From Camelus dromedarius (taxonomy: Eukaryota): a stretch of 64,000 nucleotides of DNA. Under the pieces are notes generated by a model. The model was not told the DNA's origin. It did not search any database and saw only the letters and a list, made by a program, of their open reading frames with translations. The position numbers and the translations under genes were made by a program. Position 1 is the first letter of the stretch; each line of letters opens with the position of its first letter. Location: contig NC_087447.1 in assembly GCF_036321535.1 (NCBI RefSeq), positions 33,792,001-33,856,000 on the forward strand, written 5' to 3'. This document shows, piece by piece, positions 40,951 through 53,620 of the stretch.

Positions 40951-41446
40951 AATCCCAATACCTGATTCAATAACAAGAGTCATGATGATGGTGGCAGTCC
41001 TTAATTTTCCAGTCAACAAGACTGCCACGCCTTAAGTGATGAGAAGAATTCACCTGGGCATTCAACAGTCATCCTGCTATAATGTCAATCATTGTAAATC
41101 ACTGTGCTGTGGATAAATCCCTCAGCAAATACGTACTGGGTGGTGAGAGTTTAAAGAAAAAGGCACCGAAGACTAGAAGGAGTCCCGGAGGCTCCCCGGT
41201 CCACTAGAGATTACTGAGTGAGAATCTAATATTAACTAGCAGATCAGATAGATTCCTACCACCTACTTGCCTGGACAAATTCAGAATGAATCAAGAATTT
41301 GTTTGGGAACTGAAAAGTGGAAAGACTTAAGTTTACTCCCAAATTGTATGGACACAAAAAGAAGAGAGTAAAGTTAGCTGACAATATTTTAAGTTTCTTT
41401 TGTTGATCTGAAATACTCTATGTATACACATTTAAAAATTTTTTTA

Positions 41447-41571
41447 GTATTGTATAAAAGGAGAGAAGGTTAGCACTCCCCTTGACAAGGATGGAAGAGG
41501 CCCTCGGGCCTGACAACATGCATACGGTTAAGGCATTGCCACCTACTTCATGGCATCTAACCATCGTTTTT
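41447..41571 (+). pseudogene. RNU6ATAC: Full-length U6atac minor-spliceosome snRNA retrocopy (5' part of a U6atac/L1 chimera)
   Basis: 125 nt GTATTGTATAAAAGGAGAGAAGGTTAGCACTCCCC...CTAACCATCGTTTTT. Four differences from the recalled human U6atac, two of them CpG-type transitions. Confidence 0.93.
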
Positions 41572-41755
41572 ATATGTACAAGATCTTACGGTAGCTCACA
41601 GAGGAAAAAAAAATGCAACAATGAATATATATATGTTCATGTATAACTGAAAAATTGTGCTCTACACTGGAATTTGACACAACATTGTAAAATGACTATA
41701 ACTCAATAAAAAATGTTAAAAAAAATAAAAAATAAAGTCCATTTTAAAAATTAAA
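41572..41755 (+). mobile_element. Young L1 3' end plus A-tail fused directly to the U6atac copy
   Basis: Aligns with 1292-1445 of the L1 at the window start. TSD AAAAATTTTTTTA at 41434-41446 and 41756-41768 encloses U6atac and L1 together. Confidence 0.9.
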
Positions 41756-44700
41756 AAAAATTTTTTTAAATTAAGAGATAGCATTCTGCTTCATATTCTT
41801 TTTGGTACAAATCCAGCTATGTGCAAATGAATGAAATTCAATGAAAACATAGTAATTACATTTTAAAATAAGCATGTGCTTGCTGTGTTAAAATAATTAC
41901 ATATGCTTATTAAGAAAGAACATCCAAAATGCAAGTATTTATTCAAAGATACTGTAATTTGGGCAATAATTTTGTTATGCTAATACAACAAAAAATAACC
42001 CCCATACAATAACTTCACCTTAAGCCCCCCAAAATAGCTCCAAATTACATTGACTCCACATTACAAGATTGATCATCTTGTACAGTAACTTCAAAACCAT
42101 TTACTTTAATTAGCTCTGCTTATTACAAAATCATCATTTAGTCTTCTAAGATGCTACAAAAATGGATATCAAAATTACTATCTTAAATTAATTATGCTTT
42201 GGTAATGAAATACATGGTGTAATTTGAATTGCAAGGACTACATATATAGGACTATACAACAAAAAACAAAAATATGTTCTTTGTAGGAAAACTAGCGATT
42301 AAAATCAAATCTACTCTTACTCAGAGAGGCATGGTTAAAAAAAAAAGAGGCATGGTTAACAATGGAGTAACTATGGTTAGTGGTCACAAGAATGACTTCA
42401 TCTGCAAACCAAATTTCTCACTTTAAAACTGGATGGCCTTTTCTGTTAAAATTGCAGGGAGGGGATCACACACTTCCTACAGAGCCAACAGGAATTCATT
42501 TGTTTGGTATTAGCCTCTTTTTCCTGGATAAGATGGACTGCCTGAGAACATTAGTTCCTTCCATAGTCATGGTTCAAAAGTAGACTTAATTGTTAGTAAA
42601 GCATGCCAGTTGTCAGAAACAGATGGTTTAATATGGGTAAGTTATTCCTGACAGTGTAATCAAAGCTCTTGGAACGATGATCTGCCTTTGAAATATGGAT
42701 TCCAGAATTCCAGAACATAAGAGTTGGAGGAGACTTTAAGTCACTAAGCTCTTCCTGTAGCCTCTGTTTGGATTAAGCTGGAGATTCTTCTGACTTGTAA
42801 AACTCCCCAAGGATGAAGATTCTATTCCTATCTTACTAATTGATTCTAAGTGCTTACTTTCCTAGCGTCCAAAAGGAATCTGATATTTTTGTTGTCATCT
42901 CCATAAATTTCCAAATGTATACTCCATGCTGTTGCAGAAAGAGCATTGAATTTGGAATCAAAAGATGTGGACTTGACACTTCCTATTTGACCTCTGGCAA
43001 GTCCTTTGTCCTTTCTGGGCTTCAGTTTCCTCATCTCTAAAGTAAAGCTAATAATCCTTACCGATCTCAAAAGAGGTTGTGAGAATCAAATAAGCTCAGG
43101 TATGTAAAATCATGCGATGATTATAAAGCTGCAGGCTTTTGTCTTAAGCCTTATGATATTTAGGAATTTTAGAAAGAAATAAAGATTTAGGGAAGATCTA
43201 GATCTTAAATAAATACGCTACTAGGAACTTTGCTTATGATGGTTTTCAGTCTAAACTAGACACGCCACTCACTCAGGGGTCTGACCCTTAGGCCCCAAAT
43301 CTACAAAATTCCAACATCCATCCACTGCTCTTAGACTTTTTTCAAGAAGTCTGTGAACTGTAAATCGTCATACAAATTAAACTGTGACAAAAATGACTAG
43401 TACAATTATACTAAGAGCCAGTGAGCCACCTGTTTCAGAAAAGCCTGAGGCTAGATTGTCTAATAAGAGCTGGGCTGAGGATTTTTCTCCCCCAGGAACT
43501 ATAAAGCTTATATTTAAAGAATAAATCTAGTTTCCAAGGAACTTGATTATCCAGAGAATCACACGAGCCTAACATGCTAGCCAGCATCCCCAAAGTCAAA
43601 GGACCATTTTGAAAAGCAAAGTAGCAAGGAGAAGTATCTGCCGTCTGCACAGTGCTTTGCAGTTTCCTAAGCTCTTCCATATATTACACATTAAATGTGT
43701 AATATGACTCATCATGGGAGTAAACTCAGTAATTTGAGAGATGGTAACAAAAAGGAAGGACGGAAATATTATGACTTAAAAACACTTAAGTATCTTAAAA
43801 GCAAAACTGTAGAAGAGATTAAATGCACAGATGTATACCAAACTGAGCTATGCTACTAACATCTATCAGAATATAAAGTTGTGCCAGTCATACAATGGAG
43901 AGACTTGTGCCCACTCAGCATTTATTTCCTTTTTTTCCCAATTCTTAATTTTTCTTTGGAAATACATCACTCAATGGCCAGCATCTATGTACTCTGGGTA
44001 GTACTGACCTCATCTTTTGGTTTTAGGCATGGCCCTGATACCTCTAGGCCAATTTGGATAATCTTGATCTGCCCTTATTCAGGAGCCGTCTAATCACAGT
44101 AAAAGTTAGAACTTTTGTTTGAAGGATATGGGAAGCATCATTTTTTCCCCCTAGAATGTGAAAAAGAAAGCCTGTATGTAGCCCAGTGTATACAGCTATC
44201 TTGAGGCTGTAGAGAAAAGACTGTTGGAGTCTTATCCATCTCAGGGCTTTTCAGTTATGAAAGCCAACACCTTCTTTCCAGATTTAAGCTTTAAAATTGA
44301 TTTTCTGTTCTTGCCACACAGATCAGCCAACGTGATATTCTTAATACGTAAAGTACTTCTGCATCGCATATTGCATAATTGGACACTCACAATGACTCCG
44401 TGGAGTGGGTTTTAGTGTCATCTCCAGTTTACAGAAGAGGAAACAAGTCTCCAGTAGGTTCGTGACCTGCCTATTGTACATACCAGGTAAGTGTTAGAGC
44501 CAGAAATGGAATTAGGCATTCTGGTCTAGAACAATTACTTTCTACTCTACCATGTCATGTCAAAAGGCCAAATTGAGGGCAGATTTTTAAACGTTCATGA
44601 CTTAGGCAACATAGAAGATTTTATACTGATTAATGTTATTAAAACATGGTACATATTATAAAATTAAGAATCTCAATCTTGGTTTTCAGCAGTGGCCAGA

Positions 44701-45980
44701 TTCCTTAATTTTTAAATCTTTCTGCCATATGGGCCCTAGCCTGCGGTCTGACTGTGCTGTAACTTCCACTGGGTGTGTTGTAGCTCTTGCTCTGTTTTGT
44801 ACAACCAGGCAGAAACATTGATGTTAAGTTATGTGAAAGTTGGGTTATAAACATCTCATGTTTAGTGACACTGATGTCAAGGGCGTCCAGTGGAACTGTT
44901 CAGATTGCTGTCAGTTTCAAAGAATTATTATTTGAAAACAAGACAAGACCTTATTTTAACCTGTTGTTGTTTTTCAGTGTTTTACTACAAAGCTCATTCT
45001 CCACTGTCACGGGTGTGGAGTCGCATTGTGATAGAAAGATGCAACTGATATTCATTCATTCATTCATTCATGCAGCAAAAATTTATTGAGGACAAACTGT
45101 CTCAGAAACTACTAGAACTCAGCTACATAGATGAAGAAGCCACAGTTTATTCTACTTTTAGATTACCCATCTTTTTGATTTAATTCAGTGAGAGAGTGAT
45201 TAGTAATTACTGTTTGAATATCTTTTAGGGGAATGTGAGTCAAAGTGTGGTCTCTGTCTTTGAGGAGCTCACAACAGAGTTGGAAAAAAGAAGAAAAATA
45301 CTGAAACATTAATCTATTTAAGAATAATTCAGTTAAATGTCTGTAGCACTGTATCTGGTAGCCATATAATGAATATCAGTGTGGGCCCAATCTTCAGAAA
45401 AGACTTCAGGAAGGCAGCGAGACATGAATCCAGTAAGGATAGGGTTGAAAGGACATAATCTATTCCAGATTTCCCAATCACAGCCTTTAATGATTATAGG
45501 GCTTTGGCTAAGTACGTGGTAAAGCACAAGTCCATTTATTCTTATTCCAAAGGCACTCAGAGAGAAACTGAGGTCTGAGAATCCACAAAAGTGATGTTTA
45601 GCTCAGGTCTCTTTTGCTTGCATCCTTTCCTTCAGACATTTGACACATACACCATTGTCTTCACAGGGCAATCTAAAGCAGGAGAGGCAGATGGAAAGTG
45701 AACTTGCAAGGAGTATCACTAGGGTTTTTTTTATTGCAGCAACAAAACAGACTCTGGCTATATTAGAAAGAAAATGGAGTTTGTTAGATAGATATTAGAT
45801 GCCCACAGAAGATGAGGTGTCTCATTGATCAAAGGGAAGTCATACGTCTATTCTTTTGCATATGAGATGGAGGGTGAAATCTGGCATTTTGGGCTTCTGG
45901 GGTAAGAGCTAGCTACTACCTTCTACCAAGACTACATACAAAAGGGAAGTGTCTGGAGAGGAAATAATACATGGGACTAT

Positions 45981-47000
45981 CTACAATTCAATAGCAAGAA
46001 AATAAATGACCTGATTAAAACACGGGCAAAGGAAATAGACATTTCTCCAAAGAAGACATACGAATGACCACCAGGTACATGGAAAAGTCCTCAGCATCAC
46101 TGATCAAGAAAGAAATGCAAATCAAAACCACAATAAGATATCCCCTCACACCCCAGTTTGGATGTCTATTATCAAAAAAATAAAAGATAATAAGTACTGG
46201 CAAGGATGCAGAGAAATTGGAAGCCTTGTACACTGTTGGTGGGAATGTAAAATGGTGCAGCTTCTATGGAAGGCAGGATGGAGTTTCCTCTAAAAAATTA
46301 AAATAGAACTACCATATCATCCTGCAATTTCACTTCTGGGTATTTGTTCAAAAAAACTGAAACAGGATCTTAGAGAAGTATCTGGTTTCCCATGTACAAG
46401 GGAGCATTATTTTCAAAAACCAAGATACACAAACAACCCAAATGTCCATCAACAGACGCACTGATAAAGAAAATGTGGCATATACATACAATAGAATATT
46501 ATTCACCCTTACAAAGAAAGGGAACCCTATCATTTGTGACAACATGGATAAACTTGGAGGGCATTATGCTAAGTGAAATAAGCCAGTCTCAGAAAGACAA
46601 ATACCAGTGGATTCCACTTATATGACTGGTTAACCAAAAAACAGAGAGTAGAATGGTGGTTGCCAGGAACTGGAAATGGGAGTTGTTGTTCAATGGGTAT
46701 AAAGTTTCAATTATGACAGATGAATAAGTTCTAGAGACCTTCTGCGTAGCACAGTGCCTACAGTTAACAACATGGTATTGTGCACTTAAAAAATTATTAA
46801 GAGGACACATCTCCCATTAAGCATTCTTACCACCAAAAATGGGGACACAAGAAGACTTCTGAAGATGAAGGATGTGCTAATTACCTTGCCCGTGCTGATA
46901 GTATCATGAGTGTATATATATGTCCAAACTCGACACATTGTATTTATTAAACATGTGCAGGTTTTTTCCTATATCAATTATGTCTTAATAAATTTTTTTT
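45981..47000 (+). mobile_element. Older LINE-1 (L1MA/MB-like) ORF2 end plus 3'UTR
   Basis: Degenerate ORF2p C-terminus (KQPKCPSTDALIKKMWHIHTIEYYS...LEGIMLSEISQSQKDKY). Confidence 0.9.
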
Positions 47001-50000
47001 GAAGTAATGGGACTAAATGCTGGGTAGCCAAATAATGATAAATGTCTACGCCAGGGAGCTCGACCCTAAAGCATTTTCCAAGAATAATTGAGCCTGCCAT
47101 CTGGAAAAGACCTCCCTGGGTCTCAAAGGGAGCATAGCATGGGCAGTCAGACATCACCAGTGAGTTCCAAGAAGGAGCCAAAAGAAGTTCCAAATTCTCA
47201 TTCATCCCATTCATATGACATGCAGGTTTTGAGCAGGCAAAACCTCTGCAGTTGAGGAAAGGTCTAGTAGGTAGGGATGTTTGGACTTCCCTATGATATT
47301 TATTTCTGGGATTCACATTTATTTCCAGTGAGCCCTAAAACCAAAACTCGGGCATTTTCAGAGAATCCTTGAAACTCCGATTTGGAAAACTCATTAGAAG
47401 TCAAACAGCACACTGGTGTGAAAATGTTCTTGCTGCCAATGCCCTTCTTCAGAGCCTGATATGCAAAGTGGATAAAAGTGAGGTGCGGTCCTGAGCCACC
47501 TGCTCAGCCTCCCCCACTTCATCCACCCTCCCTACCCCTCGCAGACAAGCCCCGAGCCACCTGTGTGATGCTTTGTTAGTCATCTATTACTGCCATAAAG
47601 CTGCATGATAAACCACTCCCCAAACGCAACAGTTTGTAACAAAGAGCACTTATTTTATCTTATACAGTTCTGCAGAAAGCATGGGGTCTTGCCTGGATTA
47701 GGTGAGGGAAGGGTAGCTGTTTAGAGTTTAAGGGGAACAAAGCAGACCCTGCTGTCTTAATATCCACTGCAAATCCTTCCACTGACGATACTCTTCTTTG
47801 GGTCCTCTGCCTCCACTCCTACTTCAATCATATTCTACACATTAATAGACTAACTACTCAGTGCTTGACACTGCCCTGGGCACTTGAGAAGCAGAATTCA
47901 ACCTGTGGTGAGAGCTTGTGGTGCTAATTTACACTAAAGTAGAAATGACTTATTGGATCTCTTCTCTGCATGACTGGTAGGACTTGTAACCACAGAAAGC
48001 ATGGATGTCCAGGTGGATGGAGGCAGTAGGGACCTACTGGGCAGAAGGGCAGGACACAAACAGGGTGGCTGAGAGCTGCGTGAGCCTATTTTGTAAAGAT
48101 TTATATCTTATACTTTTTAAAAACATATTTTCCAGGACCCCTAACTCAGAGCTGTATATTCAGATCATGAGGTAAATACTTCATTAATTTGTTCATTCAA
48201 TAAATATTTATGCACCTGCTCTTAGGCAGCCAGTACTTGTCAACTAATTGATCTGTCTAACCAAACAGCATCATTTTTCTTCACCACTGCTTCTAAAAGG
48301 CATTGAAAACATAGATCCAACAGGACAGGTTACAGGGCCAGGTTCTGTGAACCACAGATTGCAGTGCAAATATAGAGATTTCCATTTATTATCAATATCA
48401 CTACAGGGCAGAGATGAGGGACTTAAAATATGATCCTTGCCTTTACATTCCAGGAGGAAAGAGTCTTGTGGGATGAAGAAGGAAGTCCAAAGCGATTTGA
48501 TCTATCATTTGATCATTTACCATATCCCCAGGCACTCTGGCGGGTGTGAGGATACAGCAGTGAACAAGATGGACGTGTGAACTGAGGGCCAAGGGCCATG
48601 CGTTGAGTATAATTTCTCTGAGTCAATCTTTACTGTATGTTGTTTCTGTGCCAGGCCTGTGCTAAGGATACAGGATTAAAAAACAAAAGAAACAACAACA
48701 ACCATCCGTCTCACCCGCAGGGCACTCACAGACATATAGACGGGCAGCTAGAATGACATGTTCAAATCGCCATCATCCAGGATGTACTTTGGAGCTACAG
48801 GGCACAGAGGAAGCTGCTATCACTTCTATTCGGGGAGAAAGAGTCCGAGAAAGCCACAAGGCAACACTGACATGGGCAGAGCTTGGAAGGTCCTAGTAGA
48901 GTTTAGCAGATGGGTCTGCGAATATTAGGTTAAGACTTCATCCTATGGTTAACAATGGACCATTCAAAATATAGAGCTTCATTTTAGGTTATTACAAGAT
49001 AGTGAATGTAGTTCCTTGTGCTATACATTAAGACCTTGTTTATTTTATACATAGTAGTTTGTATCTGCTAATCTAAACTTCACACAAACATAACATAACA
49101 TAGAGTTTCAGAAAACACACAAACAGAAACAGAAGCAACTGCAACAAAGCAGATTTAGGCTTCATTGGACTCATTTACAAGCACAACTACTTAAAAATTA
49201 GCTTTCCGGCTGATTTTGTTAAAAACGTCCCCAGTGAGACCTTGTCACCTGTACCACCCTGGACATCAGGTGTATGTTGACACGGGTGGTTGAGGCACAG
49301 AGTTTTCCACTTATTTCCCTATTTTAGCTTTATTGCTCTAGATGTTTACCAACCTGAAAGAAGAAAGAGTTAAGAATGGAGGGAGGGAGAGAGAGACAGA
49401 CACAGAGATAGAGAGAAAAGAAGCAGCAAGAAAGGAAGGAAAGGATAGAGATTGATTCTGGGGGGCACATTCATTTGGAGATTGGAATCCAGTGCAAAAG
49501 AGACTCTAGTTCTCAAAAGGAACAGTACAGACCGGCACCAAATAAAATGAGACAAGCACAGGGAAGGGATCAAAGACTAACAATCCAATAAGCAACTGAA
49601 AAGCCCTGAGAGGAATGAGTCAGAGAAGCCAGGTGATGAGCAGCACCTGCAGAGATGACCTAATTCCCCAAACAGGCAGACTATAGACTGTTGCTCTGCT
49701 TACCAACAAAAAGGGTGAAATGCGTGTAAAATTTTATCCCAGTGCACACAATCACCTAAAAATAAAAATTGCTTCAGCAGAGGAAAAGTTGTTAAAAATT
49801 GGCAGATTGCAGAGAGAGAAAATGCAAATTTCATCTCCTCTGTGAAATGAGCAGTCTGAAAACTGTCTCCCCAAAGCCCGCTGAGATTGGGCTCTGAGGG
49901 TTGTTGCATTTAGAGGCCTCCCAGGCAGGGTAGTTCCCTGACCTTCCATGGAGCCTTGGGCCCAGAGCTATTTCCCACTTCGATGGTGATTCCTAGTTGT

Positions 50001-52675
50001 CACTCACTCTGGTTCCATTAAAAATTCTTTTTCAGCTTTTCTTTTGCAAGGGAACAGTTGAAATAGACTCCTGGGGAGGATGACAACGCCACCCTATTCC
50101 TGATGGCTAGGGCTGAGTCCTAGAAAGTTCCATTCCTTGAAAGGTCTGGATTCTAGGCAGCTGCACATGACTTGATTTTCAAATAGAGTCTCCGACCATC
50201 ACTTCGCCGGGGGATTTGCCCTTTAAGCTGCAGTGCGACAGGCATCAAATGCTACCCATCCCAACGGAGCCCGGGGAGAATCTTTCCGTTTCACAGCTGA
50301 ACCAAACTTCACAATGCACCAGGGAAGAATTGGTAAAAGGTTGAACTGGAGCAACTGTCTTCAAATTGGAATACTAATGATGACCTTTAATGAAGCCTGA
50401 CAGTACAATCTGTTTCTCATTGTTGCTTAAGTGCCGGCTCCCGAGCATGCCCTGGTTTTCGAGGAAGGCACAGACTGGGATAAATGGGCCCTGCTGGTGA
50501 GTAGGCCTGAGCACAGCTGATCTTTCAGCCGGGATTAAATTAATTAAAGTGATTCTCTCAGCCACAGAATTAGTCTTTTTATCTGTCATTATTGTATTGT
50601 TTATTAATCTCTAATGGAGGCTAATTGGTATCTGAGCTTTTGGGGGCAAGGGATCTTGGAGTGATAGGGATGAAATTGTCCTCATTTGGAGTGGGGAGAA
50701 CAGGAAGGGTTGTCTTAGTTCTAGATGTGAAATGAGCTTGTTAATTTAAAACCTTCTTCAAAAGACTACAACAGCCCAAGGCAAGAACAGTGAGGCAAAA
50801 TCATCCTATACAGGGAAAGGTTTAGCTACGTTGGCTTTACCCCAGATTAGTGATCAATGGAATAGTCACCAAGAAACCTACTACAAGCATGGCTTTGTGC
50901 CAGAGAATTAGAGGGACCCATTCATATGCCATGGCTCCTTAAATAGGGTGCACTTTCATTAATGAGATGCCTGAGTCCCATGCCCCAGAGGAATCTGGAA
51001 AAATCTTGGATACTCATCTGGTTCAAATACTCATTTTAACACATAACACGGAAAGTACGATCAATGGTGATGAACTTTATTAAAGCTGGGGTATATCTAG
51101 GGGTGGGAAAAAGGCACCAGCCTTGGAACAGCAAGATGTCAGCTGGATCCAAAAAGAATATGGTTTCCCCTGCCACTCCACTCTGCTTTCAGTTCTACCC
51201 TCGGGGCTGGGATAAACTTGGAAGGATGACCCACGGAGGAGATCTCGGGGCTGGGAATATATGGGAGAAATATATACATAAGTCATCTTGAGACGGCCTG
51301 GCCAGGAAAAGAGAACCAAATTTCAGCTGGAACTAGTAAAGGCTTTTTAAGTTGCAAGCGACAGAAACCCGACTGTTCTTTGCCTTCCTGGCCACTCCAG
51401 GGAGGTATATTCTAGAGGAATTCTTATTCTGAAGGCTAAACCACTTTAATAGTTCTCTCCTATTAGTTTGAGCTCTGGCATCTAGGGATTGAAGGAAGAA
51501 AAGCTGATCAGTTTCAAGACACTATTTTGCAAGCTTGGGACCTCTCTGGCAATAACAACCCTTAAACCAGCCGTTGGCTGCTGGTCTGTTAGTATGTTAG
51601 CAGTGACAGTGGACTAAGGGCCAAAGCCAGAAATCTTGTTCATGATCCTTGAATGCAGACACCACTCTTGTGGTTTCTGTCTCTTAGCAACAGTCTTGCC
51701 ACTGTAACTAATTCCCACTCCAATCATTATATGCCACTTTGGCCTCTGCTGAGCAAAATAAAAGCCTGAGGTGGGAAACAGTTGATGCTTTCTTGCCTCC
51801 AGGCTGCATCTCAGTTAGCAGCTGTCTACAACAGAGCCAGATGGGGAGTACACTGTATTAGGGTAGAGTAGAGAGGGGCAGGCTTCCTTGTTCCATGGTT
51901 GTACCCAGATACCAATATTATTTTCTATTCTGTGTTCTGTCTTCTTCCCTACTCTCTACGGGGCTGATAAAGGATTGAACCTTTTCAACTCAGGCAGTTA
52001 TAACCTTCTTGACTTGCTGGCTACAGCAGGAGTATTTCAGCATGCCCCTTTGTTGCTGGTGCTCATCTGGTATATGTCAGAAACTCACAAGGGCTCAGCC
52101 CCATAGTAGCCACCTTCGCCATACTGAAGTTGGGGGAGAGATGCCCCTTCATTGCCGGAGCTCACCTGGTACAGGGTGGGGAGAAATCCCAAGAGCTTCA
52201 TCCTAGAAGGGCCACTTCCACTGCTGCTGCCACTGATAGGGAGGGGAGGTCTGCTCTTTCCTTGCTGGCTCTCATCTGGAGGAAGCCGGTGAAAATCAAA
52301 AGACCTCTGTTCACAGGATTCCCTCCTCCAAGTCCTCAGGCTAGAAAGCATGGGCTTTTCTCAAAGCCTTTTCTGTTGGTACCTAGGTTTAGTTTTAGAT
52401 TTCACGCTGTCCGAGAGCCCAAGACAGGCTGTCTAGGAGGAAAAAAGAGAAGCAACCCAGGAGATACACTGCTAGGCAGTCCCTCAAAGTCTGGGCTCCC
52501 TACCTAGTCATCCTGCTCCAATCCCCCTCCCAGAGTCTTCTGATAGTTGTTTTACACATTCTATCCAGGATTTTTAGCTGTAGTCAGAGAAAGCAATAGA
52601 GTTTAGAATACTTATTCCTTCTGGACCAAAACCAGAACTCTTCTGTCTCCTTTCATCATGTCTCCATTACTCTTT

Positions 52676-52760
52676 TTTTCTTTTAATGGAGGTGCTGGGG
52701 ATTGAATCCAGGACCTCGTGCCTGCTAAGCACACACTCTACCACTGAGCTCTACTCCCCC
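52676..52760 (-). mobile_element. tRNA-Ala-derived SINE (Vic-1-like, short tail)
   Basis: GGGGATTGAATCCAGGACCTCGTGCCTGCTAAGCACACACTCTACCACTGAGCT. Imperfect TSD CTCCATTA[C/T]TCTTT at 52662-52675 and 52781-52794. Confidence 0.85.
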
Positions 52761-53064
52761 AAATACCTGTACACCTCAACCTCCATTATTCTTTGAACAT
52801 CTTTGCTTTCTGATTCAACAAGATATTCCAGTTTCATCTTATATTTTCCTTGCCCAGCCCTTGAATCAGTCATTTCTCAAAGGAGCTCTGGTTCCTTTTC
52901 ATAGAGGATGGTATTTAAGAGCCAATATCTGGGCACTAGATCGCTATTGCTGTCACCCCCACTTTTGGGTTTCACTTCCTCCGGGCCCTTTCATGGCTCT
53001 CAGGTCCTCTTAGTGGCCAGTCCTTTAAAGAAGCAGCCATGGTGCCACAGAGAGTAGTGCTACC

Positions 53065-53220
53065 TGCTATTTAAATTTAAGTTTAAAATAAATAAAATGT
53101 AAAATTTAATACTTCAGTTGCACTAGCCACATTTCACGTGCTCAGCAGCCACATGTGGCTGGTGACGACTATACAAGACATTGTAGACATGGAACATTTC
53201 TGTCACTGCAGATAATTTCT
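53065..53220. mobile_element. MER3-like hAT-Charlie fragment
   Basis: CAGTTGCACTAGCCACATTTCACGTGCTCAGCAGCCACATGTGGCTGGTG is a MER3/MER33 hallmark. Confidence 0.7.
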
Positions 53221-53362
53221 GCCCAAAAATGTCTGCATCATCTATAGATAATTTCTGCCAAAAAAAAAAAGTCTGCATCATCTATATCACTTTGCTTGTG
53301 AAAATGAAGCATAAAGCTTACATCAAGTTTTTCATAATATCTACTTACTAAATTAAACACAT

Positions 53363-53620
53363 AAAAACTTATGGTTACCAAAGGGGAAAGGGAAGGGGAG
53401 GGATAAATTAGGAGTATAGGGATTAACAGATACAAACCACTACACATAAAATAGGTAAGCAACAAGGATTCACTGTCTAACACAGGGAACTATATTAAAT
53501 ATCTTGTGCTAACCTATAATGGAAAATAATCCGAAAAAATATATATGTATAACTCAATCACTTTGCTGTAGACCTGAAACTAACACAATATTGTAAATCA
53601 ACTATACTTCATTAAATATA
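53363..53620 (+). mobile_element. Artiodactyl-type L1 3'UTR fragment
   Basis: AAACTTATGGTTACCAAAGGGGAAAGG...CACAGGGAACTATATT...GAAACTAACACAATATTGTAAATCAACTATACTTCA. Confidence 0.85.

Noticed and set aside
41447..41571. Functional U6atac snRNA gene
   Set aside because: No recognisable PSE/TATA promoter upstream; directly fused to an L1 tail, enclosed by a TSD and carrying CpG-decay substitutions, so treated as a retropseudogene.
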